From Octopus vulgaris (Eukaryota), in contig OX597824.1 in assembly GCA_951406725.2 (NCBI GenBank), forward strand, positions 39,184,001 through 39,248,000: 64,000 bases of DNA, read 5' to 3'. Positions 27,676 through 41,901 of the stretch are shown here, one piece after another (position 1 is the stretch's first letter; every line of letters begins with the position of its first letter). The notes beneath the pieces were generated by a model that made no database searches, had not been told where the DNA came from, and worked only from the letters and a program-made list of their open reading frames with translations. A program made the translations under genes and the position numbers.

Positions 27676-28764
27676 ATGATAGTGCTTCTGTTCTTAAAAA
27701 GAAACGTCTAAAAATGAAGCGATTTGTCAAGAGGTGTTTTTGAATAGACGTTAGTACATGTATGGATACGTATGTATGGAATGTGCATATACATGTCTTT
27801 AAATCTTTAAATTGCTTTAGCTTTAAAGCTCTGGTCATGCTGGAGCACTACTATTGTATATATACATATCCATATACATACACTCACACACACATACACA
27901 TGCACGCACACACGTGTTGTTAATTGAACTTAAATTTTAATTGTTATACTGAAAATTCAATTCATATTTTAATAATTAAATTACATAGTTAATCCCTTTA
28001 TACAATATACAGTCCTTGGCTATTTTTCTCTCTAAAGACAACTTCAAAGACTTACTTGTTTCGTAGTTCTCGAATTAATTTGGTTCGATGTCCTTGAAGT
28101 AATATATTTATATATGACTGAGAATAGCCAAATAACGATAGAAAACGGTTTGTACGAGAATAACTCAACTTGATATCTAAAATTCTTGCTAAAAATCTTT
28201 TGATGTTAATGTTTTTCTAACAGATTCTTCAAAGGTTTATTGGCAATACTGGTGCTTACGTCAATATTTAAAGCTGGACTGTACCACAATTCTTTTTCGT
28301 ATATCATCGCAATGTTCTTTTATTCAACTAAATTTATTTTGAAGTCATTTCGCTTCAATGCCTCGTTTTTGTGATTTGTGATATTATTAAGCAAAACCTC
28401 ATCGTATAAACGTTATGAAATCTTTGTGATACTTGGTAAGTGAATTAAATGTATGTATGTATGTATGTTTGTGTGTATGTATGTATGTATGTATGTATGT
28501 ATGTATGTATGTATGTATGTATGTATGTATGTATGTATGTATGTATGTATGCATGTATGTATGTGTGCGTTTATGTGTGCGTGCATTGATATAGTGTAGT
28601 GTTAATAATAATGAACATTAAAATACATTAGTAAATACCACTACAATAGAATAAGTTTATTAATAAATAACTTGAACATCGAACGAAGAAATGTTTTACA
28701 TATAAATCAATGACAAGGGTTAATTAGTGCTTGCTTGCCCGTCACACGCATGCATACACACACA

Positions 28765-28795
<31 letters not shown>

Positions 28796-29074
28796 TCTCA
28801 CACACACACACACACTCACCTGTATTTGTGTGTGAGTCTGTGCGTGTTTTGCTTTGATTTTGTCATTTATATTATTGTATCAACAGTGTCGTTTACTCAG
28901 TGTTATATACACTCATATTATAAATATCGGGGTTGGAATTCATCTGCATGGTTCTGAGATTTCCTTAGTCACCTATTGTTAGCATTACGATAGGGATGCT
29001 TTTTTATCTATAGAAATCACATTATCGTTTTTCCAACGTTTTTCAACTTTTTCATTCTCATATTCTAAGAAAGA

Positions 29075-29333
29075 CACTTCGGTCAGCTGGAACAGCCTGC
29101 TCATAAAATTAACGGGCAAGTGGCTGAGCACTTTATAGATACGCATACCCATAACATAGTTCTCAGAGAAATTCAGAGTGACACAGAATGCAAACAATGA
29201 TGGCTCTTTGAATTACAGGTAGAAATCATTTTGGTGAGTGGACTGGAACAAAGTGAAATAAAGTGCCGCCGGAAACCGAACTCACGATCTTACTATCATT
29301 AGCCGATTTGGCTTCTCACTAAGTCACGCGCCT
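29075..29333 (-). mobile_element. tRNA-derived SINE family C variant
   Basis: Minus: ggcgcgtgacttagtg...gatcgtgagttcggtttcc...ctttatttcactttgttccagtccactca, matching the 22344 head. Confidence 0.65.
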
Positions 29334-29600
29334 TCACGTAAAACAGCCAGTATATTAAGGCTACAAATGCATCATGGATGTAGAGTTGTGTCTTGTGTAT
29401 TAAGGTTGGGTAATTAGAGACCACGTATTTAATTATTGGCTGCTGTTTGTCAAGTTTTACATTAATCCTCCAGTGGCCATGATGGCGCTTTTCCTTTCGT
29501 TGTTATTGCTAACTAACTGTTGAGTCTTATCTTCGCGAAATACTTTCTTAATCCATAAAACGATCCGTAGATTTTATTATTTAATAATAACAGCAATAGC

Positions 29601-29656
<56 letters not shown>

Positions 29657-29679
29657 GTTTCAAATTTTGGCGCAAAGCT

Positions 29680-30010
29680 GGGTATGTATTCAAGAGCTGC
29701 CAACAAAAAGTCAACCACTTGTTATTCATAGATGACTTCAAACTTTATGATAAAGATGAACCCCAAGTCAGTTCCTTTGTTGATACGGTGTATTCTTTCA
29801 ATGCTGAAAAAGGGTGGTAGTAATACCAATAACTGCCGGAGCTCTGGGGCTGGGAACTGTGAGTAAAAATTTTGAGAAGTACATGGAACAAGTAGGGGAT
29901 GCAATAAGGGTGGAGGACTTGCAGAAAACAGCACTGCTTAGAACTCTCGAATACTCTGGAAGGTGACACCGTAGTACATCTCCAGCGTTAGAAGCTGGGC
30001 AAAGACAATA
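29680..30010 (+). mobile_element. R4/Dong-type LINE (family A), internally deleted
   Basis: RT motif KVNHLLFIDDFKLY joined directly to the 3' end (VVVIPITAGAL...LQKTALL) and 3' UTR, followed by (AAT)n. Confidence 0.8.
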
Positions 30011-30011
30011 C

Positions 30012-30298
<287 letters not shown>

Positions 30299-30300
30299 CT

Positions 30301-30417
30301 CCTCTACTATAGATACAAAGCTTGAAATTGCTAAGAGAAACAGTTGATCGCATCGACCTCAGTACTCAAATGGTACTTATTTTATCGACCCCGAAATGAT
30401 GGAAGGCAAAGTTTGAT
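30301..30417 (-). mobile_element. SINE family B 3' fragment
   Basis: ggtacttattttatcgaccccgaaatgatggaaggcaaag. Confidence 0.7.
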
Positions 30418-30989
30418 ACCCTCGTGTGTGTATGTGTGCGTGTGTGTGCGTGTCTATGCGTGTGTCATTCTCCGGATCGGAATCCAACATAACAAGGCTA
30501 TATTTCACATCCGACACTAGCAGACTGCCACAATGAATGCACAGACTATCACATCTTACTGTTTTGTGTGTCCATAGTGATTTTAAACGCAAACAGTTCT
30601 TCTGAATTTATTACTGCCAAATGAAGTGTAGTGGCAGGCATGATCATTCCTATCACTACGTATTTCATGATACAAAATAAAACTGGAGGTGTTGATATTG
30701 ATTTATTATCTCTAACTCTATATACAAATATTTGTGTATCATAGATATAGATGTACACATACTCCCGCAAATACTCACGCCCATACATTCTTATGTATGC
30801 ATTTATGTATGTATGCATGTATGCATGTGCGTGTGAGTGCGAGTGTGTAGAGCTGTTTGTATGTAGGTATGTATAAATATACATCCATAAATGTATATAT
30901 ATGTGTGTGTGAGTGTTTGTATATATATATATACATACTAACGCCCATACATTCTTATGCATGCATTTATGTATGTATGCATGTATATA

Positions 30990-31021
<32 letters not shown>

Positions 31022-31469
31022 CATACATGCATATATATATATATATATATATATATAGATACATATATACATGTATATATACATATAGATACATATATAC
31101 ATGTATATCTATACGTATATGTATACACACACATATGATGTATATGTATTTATATATATATATATATATATATATGTATACGGATAAAATGTGTGAAAGA
31201 TGTAAGTTCCGAAAATTAATATCACGCTATATATTAAACAACTTTCAAATGACGTTTCTTGAGCAAAATATATCAAATTGTATGCGTATTTAGAGAACAT
31301 GCTCTTTTGACATTTAATTTTCTCCTTTGAAAATTCCACACAAAAGTTCTTATACGAATAGAGACAGTTTTATTTATGATAACTGTATATCCTAACGCTG
31401 CTACGGTCATCAACCTTATGGATGTGACCAGGTAATACTAGTAATAATTATAATAATAGTAAAGATGAA

Positions 31470-31625
31470 CTCTCGCGTGGAAAACGAAGTATGAGTGTAC
31501 AGGTTTTGCCGAACGACCTGCACAAATGCTTTGTTTATGGTGATCAAATGTATGTGCCGTACATTACTTCACTCTCTCGATCAAATTGACGCTGCTTGAA
31601 CAGGTGTGTGGTGTACCACGCATCA
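31470..31625 (-). mobile_element. SINE family C tail fragment
   Basis: ttttgccgaacgacctgc...tttgtttatggtgatcaaatg matches 19575-19625. Confidence 0.6.
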
Positions 31626-31627
31626 GA

Positions 31628-32050
31628 ACTCGGTGGAATTTGAACACTGAACATAGCGACGAGCGGAATACCTATTTCTTTACTACCCACAAGGGGCTAA
31701 ACACAGAGTGGACAAACGAGGACAGACAAACAGATTAAGTCGATTATATCGACCCCCGTGCGTAACTCGTACTTATTTAATCGACCTCGAAAGGATGAAA
31801 GGCAAAGTCGACCTCGGCGGAATTTGAACTCAGAACGTAGCGGTAGACGAAACACTGCTAAGCATTTCGGCCCGCGCGCTAACGTTTTTGCCAGCTCGGC
31901 GCCTTAACAACAACAACAACAACAATAATAATCATTTCTACTATAGACGTAAGCCCTGAAATTTCATCGACTCCAGTGCATAACTGGCACTTATTTAACC
32001 GACCAGAAAAAATCAAAAGCAAATTCGACCTCGGCGGAATTTTGAACACA
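31628..32050 (-). mobile_element. SINE family B copies
   Basis: Reverse complement of the 52136-52378 unit, plus extra partial units. Confidence 0.85.
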
Positions 32051-32273
32051 GGACGTATGAATACATGCATATAGATAGATATATATATATGCATACATGC
32101 ATATGTATACATATACATACAGAAAGAGATAGTGATGCAGTTAAACACTATTAGGCTTGATGTATAATTGAAAATATATACATATACGTATATAGATACA
32201 CACACACATACAGACACACACTCGCGCACACAGATAGATAGAACTAAATATATTCAGGTGTACAGGTAAAATG

Positions 32274-32329
<56 letters not shown>

Positions 32330-32745
32330 TCAGAAGTCAAACATATTTAATAATAAGCAAACGGACAGGAAGACTTACTAAATGAACCGAGAATACTGAT
32401 CTACCACAGATGAAAGAACAAACATGCGTCACAAATTCTTCATTATTTATTGACCGGGGCGTCGAGCGCAATTTCATGTTCTTGTCGATAACAAGTATGT
32501 ATATCTATATAATATATATACGTAAATATATAATATATCATATATATATACATACATACATACATACACACACACACATACAGACAAATAAATTTACATG
32601 AAACATAAAATGTACATGATTCTAAAGGGAGAATACATCGCGTTTTATGCTTTATATAAATGTATTTGTCTCTCTCTAGATGTAGAAATATCTATATGCT
32701 TGTACATGTGTTTATCTTCTGAATATATTCATTTATAAGTAACTC

Positions 32746-32799
<54 letters not shown>

Positions 32800-35333
32800 T
32801 GTATGTGCGTGTGTGCGCGCATTTATTTATGTATATGCATACATGCTTACTTATACATCAAGCCTAATCATGTTCATCTGCATTGCTATCTCCATACCAG
32901 CTCTCCTGGAATTCAATTATAGTCACTGTTTACCCTGTGGGCCTAGTCCTCGATTTAGATTCCGGAGTTTAAGTTAAGATCTTTTGAGCAATACTTCGTG
33001 TTTTCTCTACTGGGCATCTCTGGAGCTCGCCTTTTGAGCCATGTATGTATGTATGTATGTATGTATGTATATATATATGCATGTATATTCATATTTACAT
33101 ATATATGTGTTTATTGGTGGATGTATGAATGCATGTGTGTCTATGTGTACATGTTGATATATCTGTATCTTTGGATATACACACCACTAATAAATATATA
33201 TAACTGCTCTGTTCACTCTTCAGATATCATTTTATATGCGTAAACATTTGGATAGATAAGTTAAACATACATATGTGTATAGCTATAAATCATATTAAAC
33301 ATCTATTTAAATATGTAATAGAAAGTATTTACAATTTTCACCTTAAGCTCACGCACTTAAACATAAAAGAACCCTTCCGGCATGAAACAACCACGTGAAT
33401 GTGTGTGTGTGTGAGTACGTGTGCGTGTGCATCTGTGCGTGAGTGTGTGTGTACGTAGACAGATAAATCTAGACAATCTATATATAGATAGACATACATA
33501 TATATACGTTGCATTTGAGATACACAAACTGTGCATTATACAACCGTCCTACTAAAATTTCTTCATGCTGCGTGTTACTAAGCAATTAAGTTCCTATAAA
33601 AGGGCGGTTTTAATTAAACGTTTACTGGGTTTCCATTGATCCAGTTGTCATTAGATATTACTTCTCTGCTTTGTATTAGCTTCTGTTGTTGTAAACTTCA
33701 GCACGAATAACATTTAATTCTATTTTTTAATTCATTTTATAATTCATAAAAATAACAATATGTTTTATTATGCATAAATATTTTTTCTCAATAATAGTGA
33801 CGCGGTGTTCCAAGAAATGACATTAATTCGTATGCTTCCATATTTTATCTTATATGGAACCAGCAGAAACTGAGATACAGAATTAACAGAATTATAGTTT
33901 AACGTGGACATATGGAAATTATTAAAATTTAAGAAGAATATTGCAGAAAGCAACTGTTTATATACAGACGTATTTTAGATTACATGAACATGTGGACTGG
34001 TAGACCGGGCTGGTTGGCTAAATGCCGAGAAGTTATGTTTGTTTATCTACTGAGCTTCAAAACGTTCGTGTTGATTTTGGAGGTAATCCTTCGTGGTTTA
34101 TTTAATTCTGTACCAGTTATATACTGGGTTATTTCAATTGAATCTACCTTTCAAACATTCTGCAAAATTGTGGTTTTGTAGTAGAGGCAGAAATCAATAC
34201 TCTATTGAAATCAATACTCTATTTATCACTTCCAAAAATTACTAGTCCAGTACATGACATTTTCTAATCAGTGGTATGTATTAACGAATTATTAGCTTCA
34301 CCACTTTAAAAAAGAATGGTTAGTCATCTCGTTAGAAGGTCACAATAGACCAGTCTCTCATTAGTTTAGTAATACCCTGGCCTCAGCTCAGAAATGTAAA
34401 TTAACGTTAAACTTGTCAATTAAACAATATCTGGTGTTTTTATAAATGAGAACAATATTATCTCATTGTGCATATCTGATGCTTAAGCTGCCACAGGAGA
34501 ATAATAGTTGCACAACCGCATCAGAAACAGCGTAAAAACTACAAACAACAATAAGTGCAATGTTAATAACACGGTAGCAACTTTAACCCATTATCGTGTT
34601 TTAAAGTATGTAAAATGAGATGAGACTGAATCAAATGTATGAAGGTAGCAAAAGAGGTGAAAATATATTAAAATGATCTTGGCAGGTAAGTATAATTTCC
34701 ATCAATAATAAAGAATGTGTATTATTTACCAGTGGGATTAATCAAAAGAATAAGGAACAAGGTTTGTCCAATAGCTTAAGTTTCGCTAAATTCCTTTCAG
34801 TGTCAGATCTACTGCAGACCTAATCTCGTATGATACTCAACATTAGTGAAAGTCATATAATTAAGGCTGTCATTATTTTTAATATTTGGTGGTTGGGCAG
34901 ATCCCGGTGTAAAATAAGAGTGCCGTATTCTTCAAGTATCCATTTATGATTTGTTTTCTGTTTTATTTACAATAACTGATATGTAAGGTTCGACAATTTT
35001 AAATCGTCATAATTTTCATTGTTCACCTATTCACTTCACTTTTGCATTATGTATTAAATTCAGATCAAATATTCCCATTCTAACTTTGAACCATATGATA
35101 AGGTTTTTTTATCTGTATTACTTAACATTGTGCTCCGTTTGATATTAGTTATCTTTGCATGATGTCTAAACATTAGTACAGACATCGACAATACATTATT
35201 TAGAAGAGAACAACTTTGAATAACATTTCCTTAGTAAGTCTATGCATTATTTACACAGGTATCTTTTAATATTTTCTTGACGATTTAAGACGGTGTGCAG
35301 GCGGAATTGTTTACCAGCAATTCTTTCAAAACA

Positions 35334-35471
35334 ACTGACAAGCAAATCTGTGGTATTCAGCAGAATATTTGCTGTCGCCCATCTTTTATACCAAGACAAA
35401 CTATGTACATGATAACACTTCCAGTCAGTTAAGAAGCCACGAGAGCCACTGTCTGGTAAGGCATCAGGGCA
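35334..35471 (-). mobile_element. (AAT)n-associated element, 5' fragment
   Basis: Reverse complement of 18935-19080. Confidence 0.85.
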
Positions 35472-35505
35472 TTTATCACCATCGTCATCATCATCATCAT
35501 CATCA

Positions 35506-35597
<92 letters not shown>

Positions 35598-35599
<2 letters not shown>

Positions 35600-36870
35600 T
35601 TTTCATCTGCATGTTTGTTACAATCACTTACCGAAGCACACCCAGCATCTTAAAGCGGGTGAAGGATAAAATATATGATAGTATGACTGAAAGCTTCGGG
35701 AGGGGAAGTCGCATGGGCAGTAACGAAATATTCTAATGTAATACAACATAGACATTTAAACTGATAGGGTTGTTCTAAGGATGTGTGCTGTACTTACCAG
35801 CAGAATCCTTTTGATTTCTCTGAGATATGGTTCTCCTGGGATATTATCTAGATGTTTCTGACATCCCTTTCTCATCATACCTAAGGCACCCGCAATAACA
35901 GGAATTCTTCTCGCGTTAAGATGCCACATATTTTGTATTTGACTTTCCAGTTCCTTACATTTACATAATTTGTCAAATTCTTTTACAGATATATTTTTAC
36001 CAGTTGGAACACGTACATGTATTAGTCTACAAGTATTTTTTTTCCTTCTCTATAATGACTATGTCTTGTCGATTAGCCTAGATCGCTCTGTCGGTGTTGA
36101 CTTGAAAATCCCAGAGGATAGTGACATTTTTATCTTTAACGACTGGCTCAGAATGGTGTTCATAAAAGTAAGCAGAAATGCTAACTTTTTAGTGTTTACA
36201 TATTTTCCAATGTAAATAGTGCCCTATCCTATCCTGGCGATTTTTGTATTCGTTTAGCATCAGCACAGGACATCCCGAGACAAGATGGTCTACTGTTTCA
36301 GCAAATGTATCGTAGAATCTGCATTTAGTGTTCAGAACCGTTTTGAAGAACGTAAACTTAGTAGCTTTTGGTAAGCAAGCTTTGATCTTGTTCCGCCAAT
36401 ATAAAACCTTCAGTCTCTGCTTTTAATCCTGAGCTATTCAGCCACTGATGGGTCGCTGCTTGCTCTACATCAGTATTTCGGTCCTATCTCTGCAGAGGTT
36501 TCTGGCTCCACCGCTCCTCAATTTTTTTGCTGCCCGTTCTTTTTTGTAGCCTGTTTGATCCGTTTTGCTTCTTTGGTGGAAGTGGTTTCAGGTTCCTCGT
36601 CTAATTCAGGGTTAGTGCGGAGTTCCTCTGTGCATTTGAATTCTTCCATGACAATGGAATGTGATCCTTTGCTGCTTTCATATTTTCACACAAGCCTTAG
36701 CATTCAGTCCTCTGTTCTAGATACGTACTTGTTCATTGCTATTGTGGAGATCTTACAGCACAGTTCTGCCTGCATTAATCCTCCTTACTTCTAGGTAGGT
36801 TCAGACGATCATCGTCAGCTTTTGGGTAGTGCATATTCTTAGATGTTAGTAGTTTCCTTGTCTTCCTGTC
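35598..36870 (-). mobile_element. R4/Dong-type LINE 3' fragment (family B)
   Basis: Minus remnants CRFYDTFAETVDHLVSGCPVL, VTILWDFQV, IPVIAGALG, GKYSTHILR; 3' end abuts AAT-type repeat. Confidence 0.8.
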
Positions 36871-36921
36871 TTAATGATGTTAAAACTGTTTTATTATTAT
36901 TATTATTATTATTACTATTAC

Positions 36922-36991
<70 letters not shown>

Positions 36992-37082
36992 GTTGTTGTT
37001 GTTATTATCATTATTATTATTGTTATTGTTGTTGTTGCTGTTGTTGTTGTTTTTTTATTTATTATTATTATTATTATTATTT

Positions 37083-38545
37083 TCTTTGCACAGCTTCTAA
37101 GGCTGGAGATGTACTACAGTGTCAGCTGTCCACTACCAGTGAACTAAGGGAACACCTCTTATTTTTCGAGCACCTTCCGGAGTATTCGAGCAATTCCAAG
37201 CAGTGCTCCATCCTTATTGCAGCCCTTGTTTGTTCCATGTACTTCTCAAGATTTTTACTCACAGTTCCCAGGGCTCCGACAATTATTGGTAATACTACCA
37301 CCTTTTTCAGCGACCACAACTGCTGAACCTTCCAAGCTAACCTGTTATATCTATCGAATTTCCTTTTTTCCTTATCCCATACCTTGTTGTCAGCTGGACA
37401 TGCTATATCTATGATCCAGCATAGTTTGCTTCCTTTCTCAATGAAGACTATGTCTGGCTTCCTATTCTCTATCTCATGGTCGCACTGAATCTTAAAATCC
37501 CACAGGATCATTGCATTATCATTTTCGATGATGCCTTCGGGTTTGTGGTCGTACCACTTTTTTGCTCTGTCAAGTCCATACTTGTTGCAAAGTTTCTAAT
37601 GGACAAGCCTTGCTATATTGTCGTGACATCTCTTATATTCCTTCCGGGCTAGTGGCGTACATTGGCCGGTAATATGCCATACGGTTTCCCCATTTTGTCC
37701 ACAAATTCTGCACTTATCACTCTCTGATGTGTTGTCTATTCTGCCTTTTATTTAGTTTGTTCTTAGTGCTTGTTGTTGGGCAGCACAGATTTCGTCTCTC
37801 TTCTCAGTCTGAACTCCATTCTGATATACACCGTATCAACGAGGAAACTGACTTGGGCTTCATCTTTACCATAAAGTTTGAGTTCATCCATGAATAACAA
37901 ATGGTTGACTTTTTGTTGGCGACTTTTGAATACACACCCACTAGTTGTAAAATGCCTCTTCGCTCACTTCTCTTATCCATTCATCGTCTGGTAGTTGTAC
38001 TCCGCTGTTGTGTACTTTGTACCTTATTCTTAGTTCTCTATACCAAATACCATCTGGATATCTTGAGCGAAAATTCGTACAGACTGAATAAGGGAATACA
38101 GTTGACCACTGCTAGCTCTGTTAGGCATCAAATCATCAATAAACATCAGATAATTGATTGGCCTCAGGTTTTTCTGCAGTTTATAATCAGCTCCCATCTA
38201 ACTGAGAGCAATGTAGAGTGGTAAAATGCAACCCCAAAACAGTAAGGGTGACACTGAATCTCTTCAAAGGATTCTCATCTTGACGTCGACTTGTCCAGCA
38301 TATCTTCCACTTGCAGTTAAAATTATCTTCCAGTTTTTCATACTGTTTTTGAACAAACATATCAAATTCTTCGCTGCCCCGATCATGTGTAGGAACTTCA
38401 GAATCCATGAATGAGTAACTGCATTATATGCCTTCTCATAGTCAATCCAAGCCATTGTTAAGTTTGTCAACTTTCTTCGGCAGTTCTTAGGAATTACCGT
38501 ATCAGTCAGCAGTTGATCATTTGTTCCTCGTGATCCATTCGTGCA
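37083..38545 (-). mobile_element. R4/Dong-type LINE (family A), scrambled and deleted
   Basis: ORF 37122-37511 ILWDFKIQCDHEIENRKPDIV...IIDIACPADN (RLE); CRICG...HITGQC knuckle; RT motifs MAWIDYEKAYNAVTHSWI and NHLLFMDELKLY. Confidence 0.9.
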
Positions 38546-38777
38546 ATTGCTTTAATCCTGCAGTCGATGTAATCGACCAGGCTCCTTCTTCAAAATTTCA
38601 GGCCATGTGCCTATCGTGTAAATGTTTATTATTATTATTCTAATCACCATGATCGTCATCTAATTTTATGCATTGGCTTAGATTTACTACGCTATATTAT
38701 TTCATAAATTGGCCACGCAGCCTTACAAAGATGTAGCTGCAGGCTGGAAAAAGACACAAATGATAATGGAAACAACA

Positions 38778-38908
38778 CAAAATGAGGTATTGAACCTCTT
38801 ACCAAAGTTCAAAAAATGGACGCAATCGTCCTTACAAGTTGAGGCGCTGAGCCTCTTACCAAAGAAAACAAATTCAAATTTCAAGTCGAGGCACTAAGGC
38901 CTCTTACC
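38778..38908 (+). repeat. three ~30-bp hairpin-containing direct repeats with unrelated spacers
   Basis: caa(a/g)(a/t)(t/c)GAGGY-N5/6-RCCTCttacc(aaag) at 38778, 38835 and 38882. Confidence 0.75.
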
Positions 38909-40837
38909 TGCCCCCCCCCCCGACCAGGCAATATGCCTCCCGCAAGCAATCCTGCAGTTCTAATTAGTAGTTCTACTAGTCATGTGACACGTTAGCTGTA
39001 AACATATATATTAAATACATTGTGTTTCAGCTACATCTCATCCTATTACTTTCAAACTAAGATCCTTTGAATAACCTATCTAGGACTGATCACTCTTAAA
39101 AATAATGAGAAACCAAAAGCTATTTGCAATAAGTGCCAAGAATTGGAAATAATAATTTCAAGAATGAAGCAAAAGGTTAAAAGGAAATAATTCAGAAGAA
39201 AATCTGGACTATTATATTATATCAGAATAAAATAAACTTATCCTCCATTTATGACTGAGTGGGAGGAAACTGACTGATAGATCATATTTGAGGATAACCG
39301 TCGTTCTGAGATCCTTTCTGTATTCTAACACACAAGTGTCTTTGACATGTTTCTCTAAAACAAAATTGTTACTGCTAGTACCATTCCAAGTTTGTATACA
39401 CATAATGAATATTATATACACTAGTATTTTAAACTAATGCAGTTTGGAGTGCCTAATTTAATTTTAACCTGGTTTGCTTTAGATTTCGAGAAACTAGTAA
39501 AGATTTTGTTTACCGATTTCTTTATCAGAAAAAGAGTTTTTAGGATAATTCAGACCATTCGGGGTATTCGTCCCTGAGGAGAACAAATTAGACTAAAACA
39601 TGTGTTATCAACATATCAAACAGTATCAATGAGAATGATCGTTAACGGGGAAGCGATCGAAAAGCCAAAAGTAATTCCTTAAAAGTATTTTATCCTACCA
39701 ATCTCCGTACTTATATTTCCTATATATTTTCATCTTCATTATTAATATATTGATAGAAAAAGTTAATGTTTTACATAGCTTGTTAATCTAGGAGGTAGCA
39801 TAATCCCGGAAAAAGATAAACGGTAGTAAATTTCATAAATAACTTCATATAGAAATGTATAAGCATTTAGTAGAAAATGTCAAAAGAGACTTTAATCTCA
39901 GAAATGATATCACATTTTAGTAATTTTCTTCCAATTTATCCTCAATCGAATTCAGCTACACGGGAACCATTACAAGTTGATTTATAGCGCAGTAGTTTTA
40001 AATTTACTTTAAATTTTCAGGTGTCTGAGATTTTGTGATTCACTGTATTTTTAAATGGATCAACGCTCATCTGTGGTTTACTATATGAAACATTGTTAAA
40101 CAAAATATCTGGTAACTTTATTGCCGTTTAAAACATATATTGCCCCAATACTTTATTTATGCTTCTTTTATGGACATTCGAAGAGTATTTTTATAGAAGA
40201 AACATTATGTTTATCTATTTGCATTGAATCATATGTAACTTGATAAATATTTGTATAAAATCGAAATCACTTTTAACTACATTAGGAAGCATTAACGTAA
40301 TGTAGCTAGTCTTCCTGAGGTGCTTTGTAACTTCCCTAATATAGAATTTGTAAAACGAAAATTCAATTTACAGATTCTATATGCGACAAGATAATTTAAT
40401 GATATTCCATGTTCCAGAAACTATTTGAAAGTATGAATTGGGACGATTTTACATGTCATTCTGTTTTTACTCAATGCATTACGAAAGAGCAGTAGTTATC
40501 ATAAAGAAAATATTTCGTTCAGAAATTTAGAAATAAATGGATATTTATTTGAAAAATTCAATAAACTATTTAAGTTTGGTTATGAAGTCTAATTATAATA
40601 TATTTCATTTTTTTTCTAACTCAACTTGTATTGAATACACATACGTACAATGATATTTGCATAAGGCAACATGTTTTATGAAACCAATTTTTGTATAGCA
40701 CCACACATTCAACACATCGTAGAATAGGTGTGGAATAATGATTCAAACTTTCTGTTAATGAGAGGAAAAAATCATTTATTGACTCAGTATTTTTTGTAAA
40801 ATATTACGTAACATAATATTATTGTCATTATTATTGA

Positions 40838-41370
40838 ATAAGAAGGCAGAGCTTGCCATCAAAGTAAAACTGGAGTACAAATATACGAAGCCCAATACAC
40901 CCATCATGACTACCCATGTGATAAAGGTAAACCATACACATGCATCACAACCATATGTGCGTGGTATGTCAATCTTATATCAAGATAAACAGAGCATGAC
41001 CTAGTAGGTGACGCCTAGTTAGAATTTTTTTTCTCATTGAATACGCCCCCCCCCCTGAAAAAATCCCTGAATAAGAGTTATTTAAGGATATTCAACGAAA
41101 CATATGTTTCAAGAGGTGAATTATTCATACCCAAAATAACTCCTTTCACCATATGGCTATGATGCTCCCCAACCACTTCTGATAGTGATCTGAAATGTAC
41201 ATATCGTCATCCACTACGAGATAGGCTTAACTGGTTAAAGTCAAGCAACTGACAAGCGAATATGTGGTACTGAGCAAAATATTTGCTGCAGTCCATATTT
41301 TATACCAAGACAAAACAATGTACATCATAACACGTTCAACCAGTTGAGATCAGAAGCCATGGACATCACT
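40838..41370 (-). mobile_element. (AAT)n-associated element, diverged copy
   Basis: Reverse complement of 18935-19488 with substitutions; flanked by att/atc repeats. Confidence 0.85.
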
Positions 41371-41411
41371 TTTTATCCTCATTATCATCATCATCAGCAT
41401 CATCATCATCA

Positions 41412-41502
<91 letters not shown>

Positions 41503-41503
<1 letters not shown>

Positions 41504-41580
41504 GCCGTGACGTAAACACACCAGCGTCGTTTGTCAAGCGATGTTGAGGGGGACAAACACAGACACACAAACACATACAC
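41503..41580 (-). mobile_element. SINE family A internal fragment
   Basis: gacgtaaacacaccagcgtcgtttgtcaagcgatgttgagggggacaaacacag. Confidence 0.75.
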
Positions 41581-41588
41581 ACACATAC

Positions 41589-41625
<37 letters not shown>

Positions 41626-41669
41626 TACACGCATACACATATACACGTATATGCGCACAGATACATATA

Positions 41670-41708
<39 letters not shown>

Positions 41709-41801
41709 CAACAATTGAGGGTAAAATTAATTAATTATTAATCAATTTCACCAAGTATTCAGTATGTAAAGGGACCATTTAAGGCGAATTCAAAATATTA
41801 C

Positions 41802-41901
41802 ATTTTATAAAGGGCTTAGTAAAATAAATTACTTTGCCACATACTGAACTCGAGTTCAGTATGTGGCAAAGTAATTTATTTTACTAAGCCCTTTATAAAA
41901 T
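41802..41901. repeat. perfect 100-bp palindrome within a (TA)n-flanked insert (41705-41901)
   Basis: 50-bp arms centred on ctc|gag at 41851/41852, no spacer. Confidence 0.95.

Noticed and set aside
28224-28435. Possible exon (ttttctaacag acceptor, g|gtaagt donor)
   Set aside because: Stops in all three frames and no supporting partner exons; could be non-coding but cannot be supported from sequence alone
34480-34860. Splice-like signals (cag|gtaagt at ~34685, cctttcag at 34800)
   Set aside because: The joined frame stops within a few codons; such motifs are expected by chance
38778-38908. CRISPR array
   Set aside because: Only three degenerate repeats, unequal spacers (27 and 17 nt), eukaryotic context and no cas genes; kept as a hairpin array instead
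39560-39610. Hammerhead-like CTGAGGA motif
   Set aside because: No GAAA and no closing stems I or II
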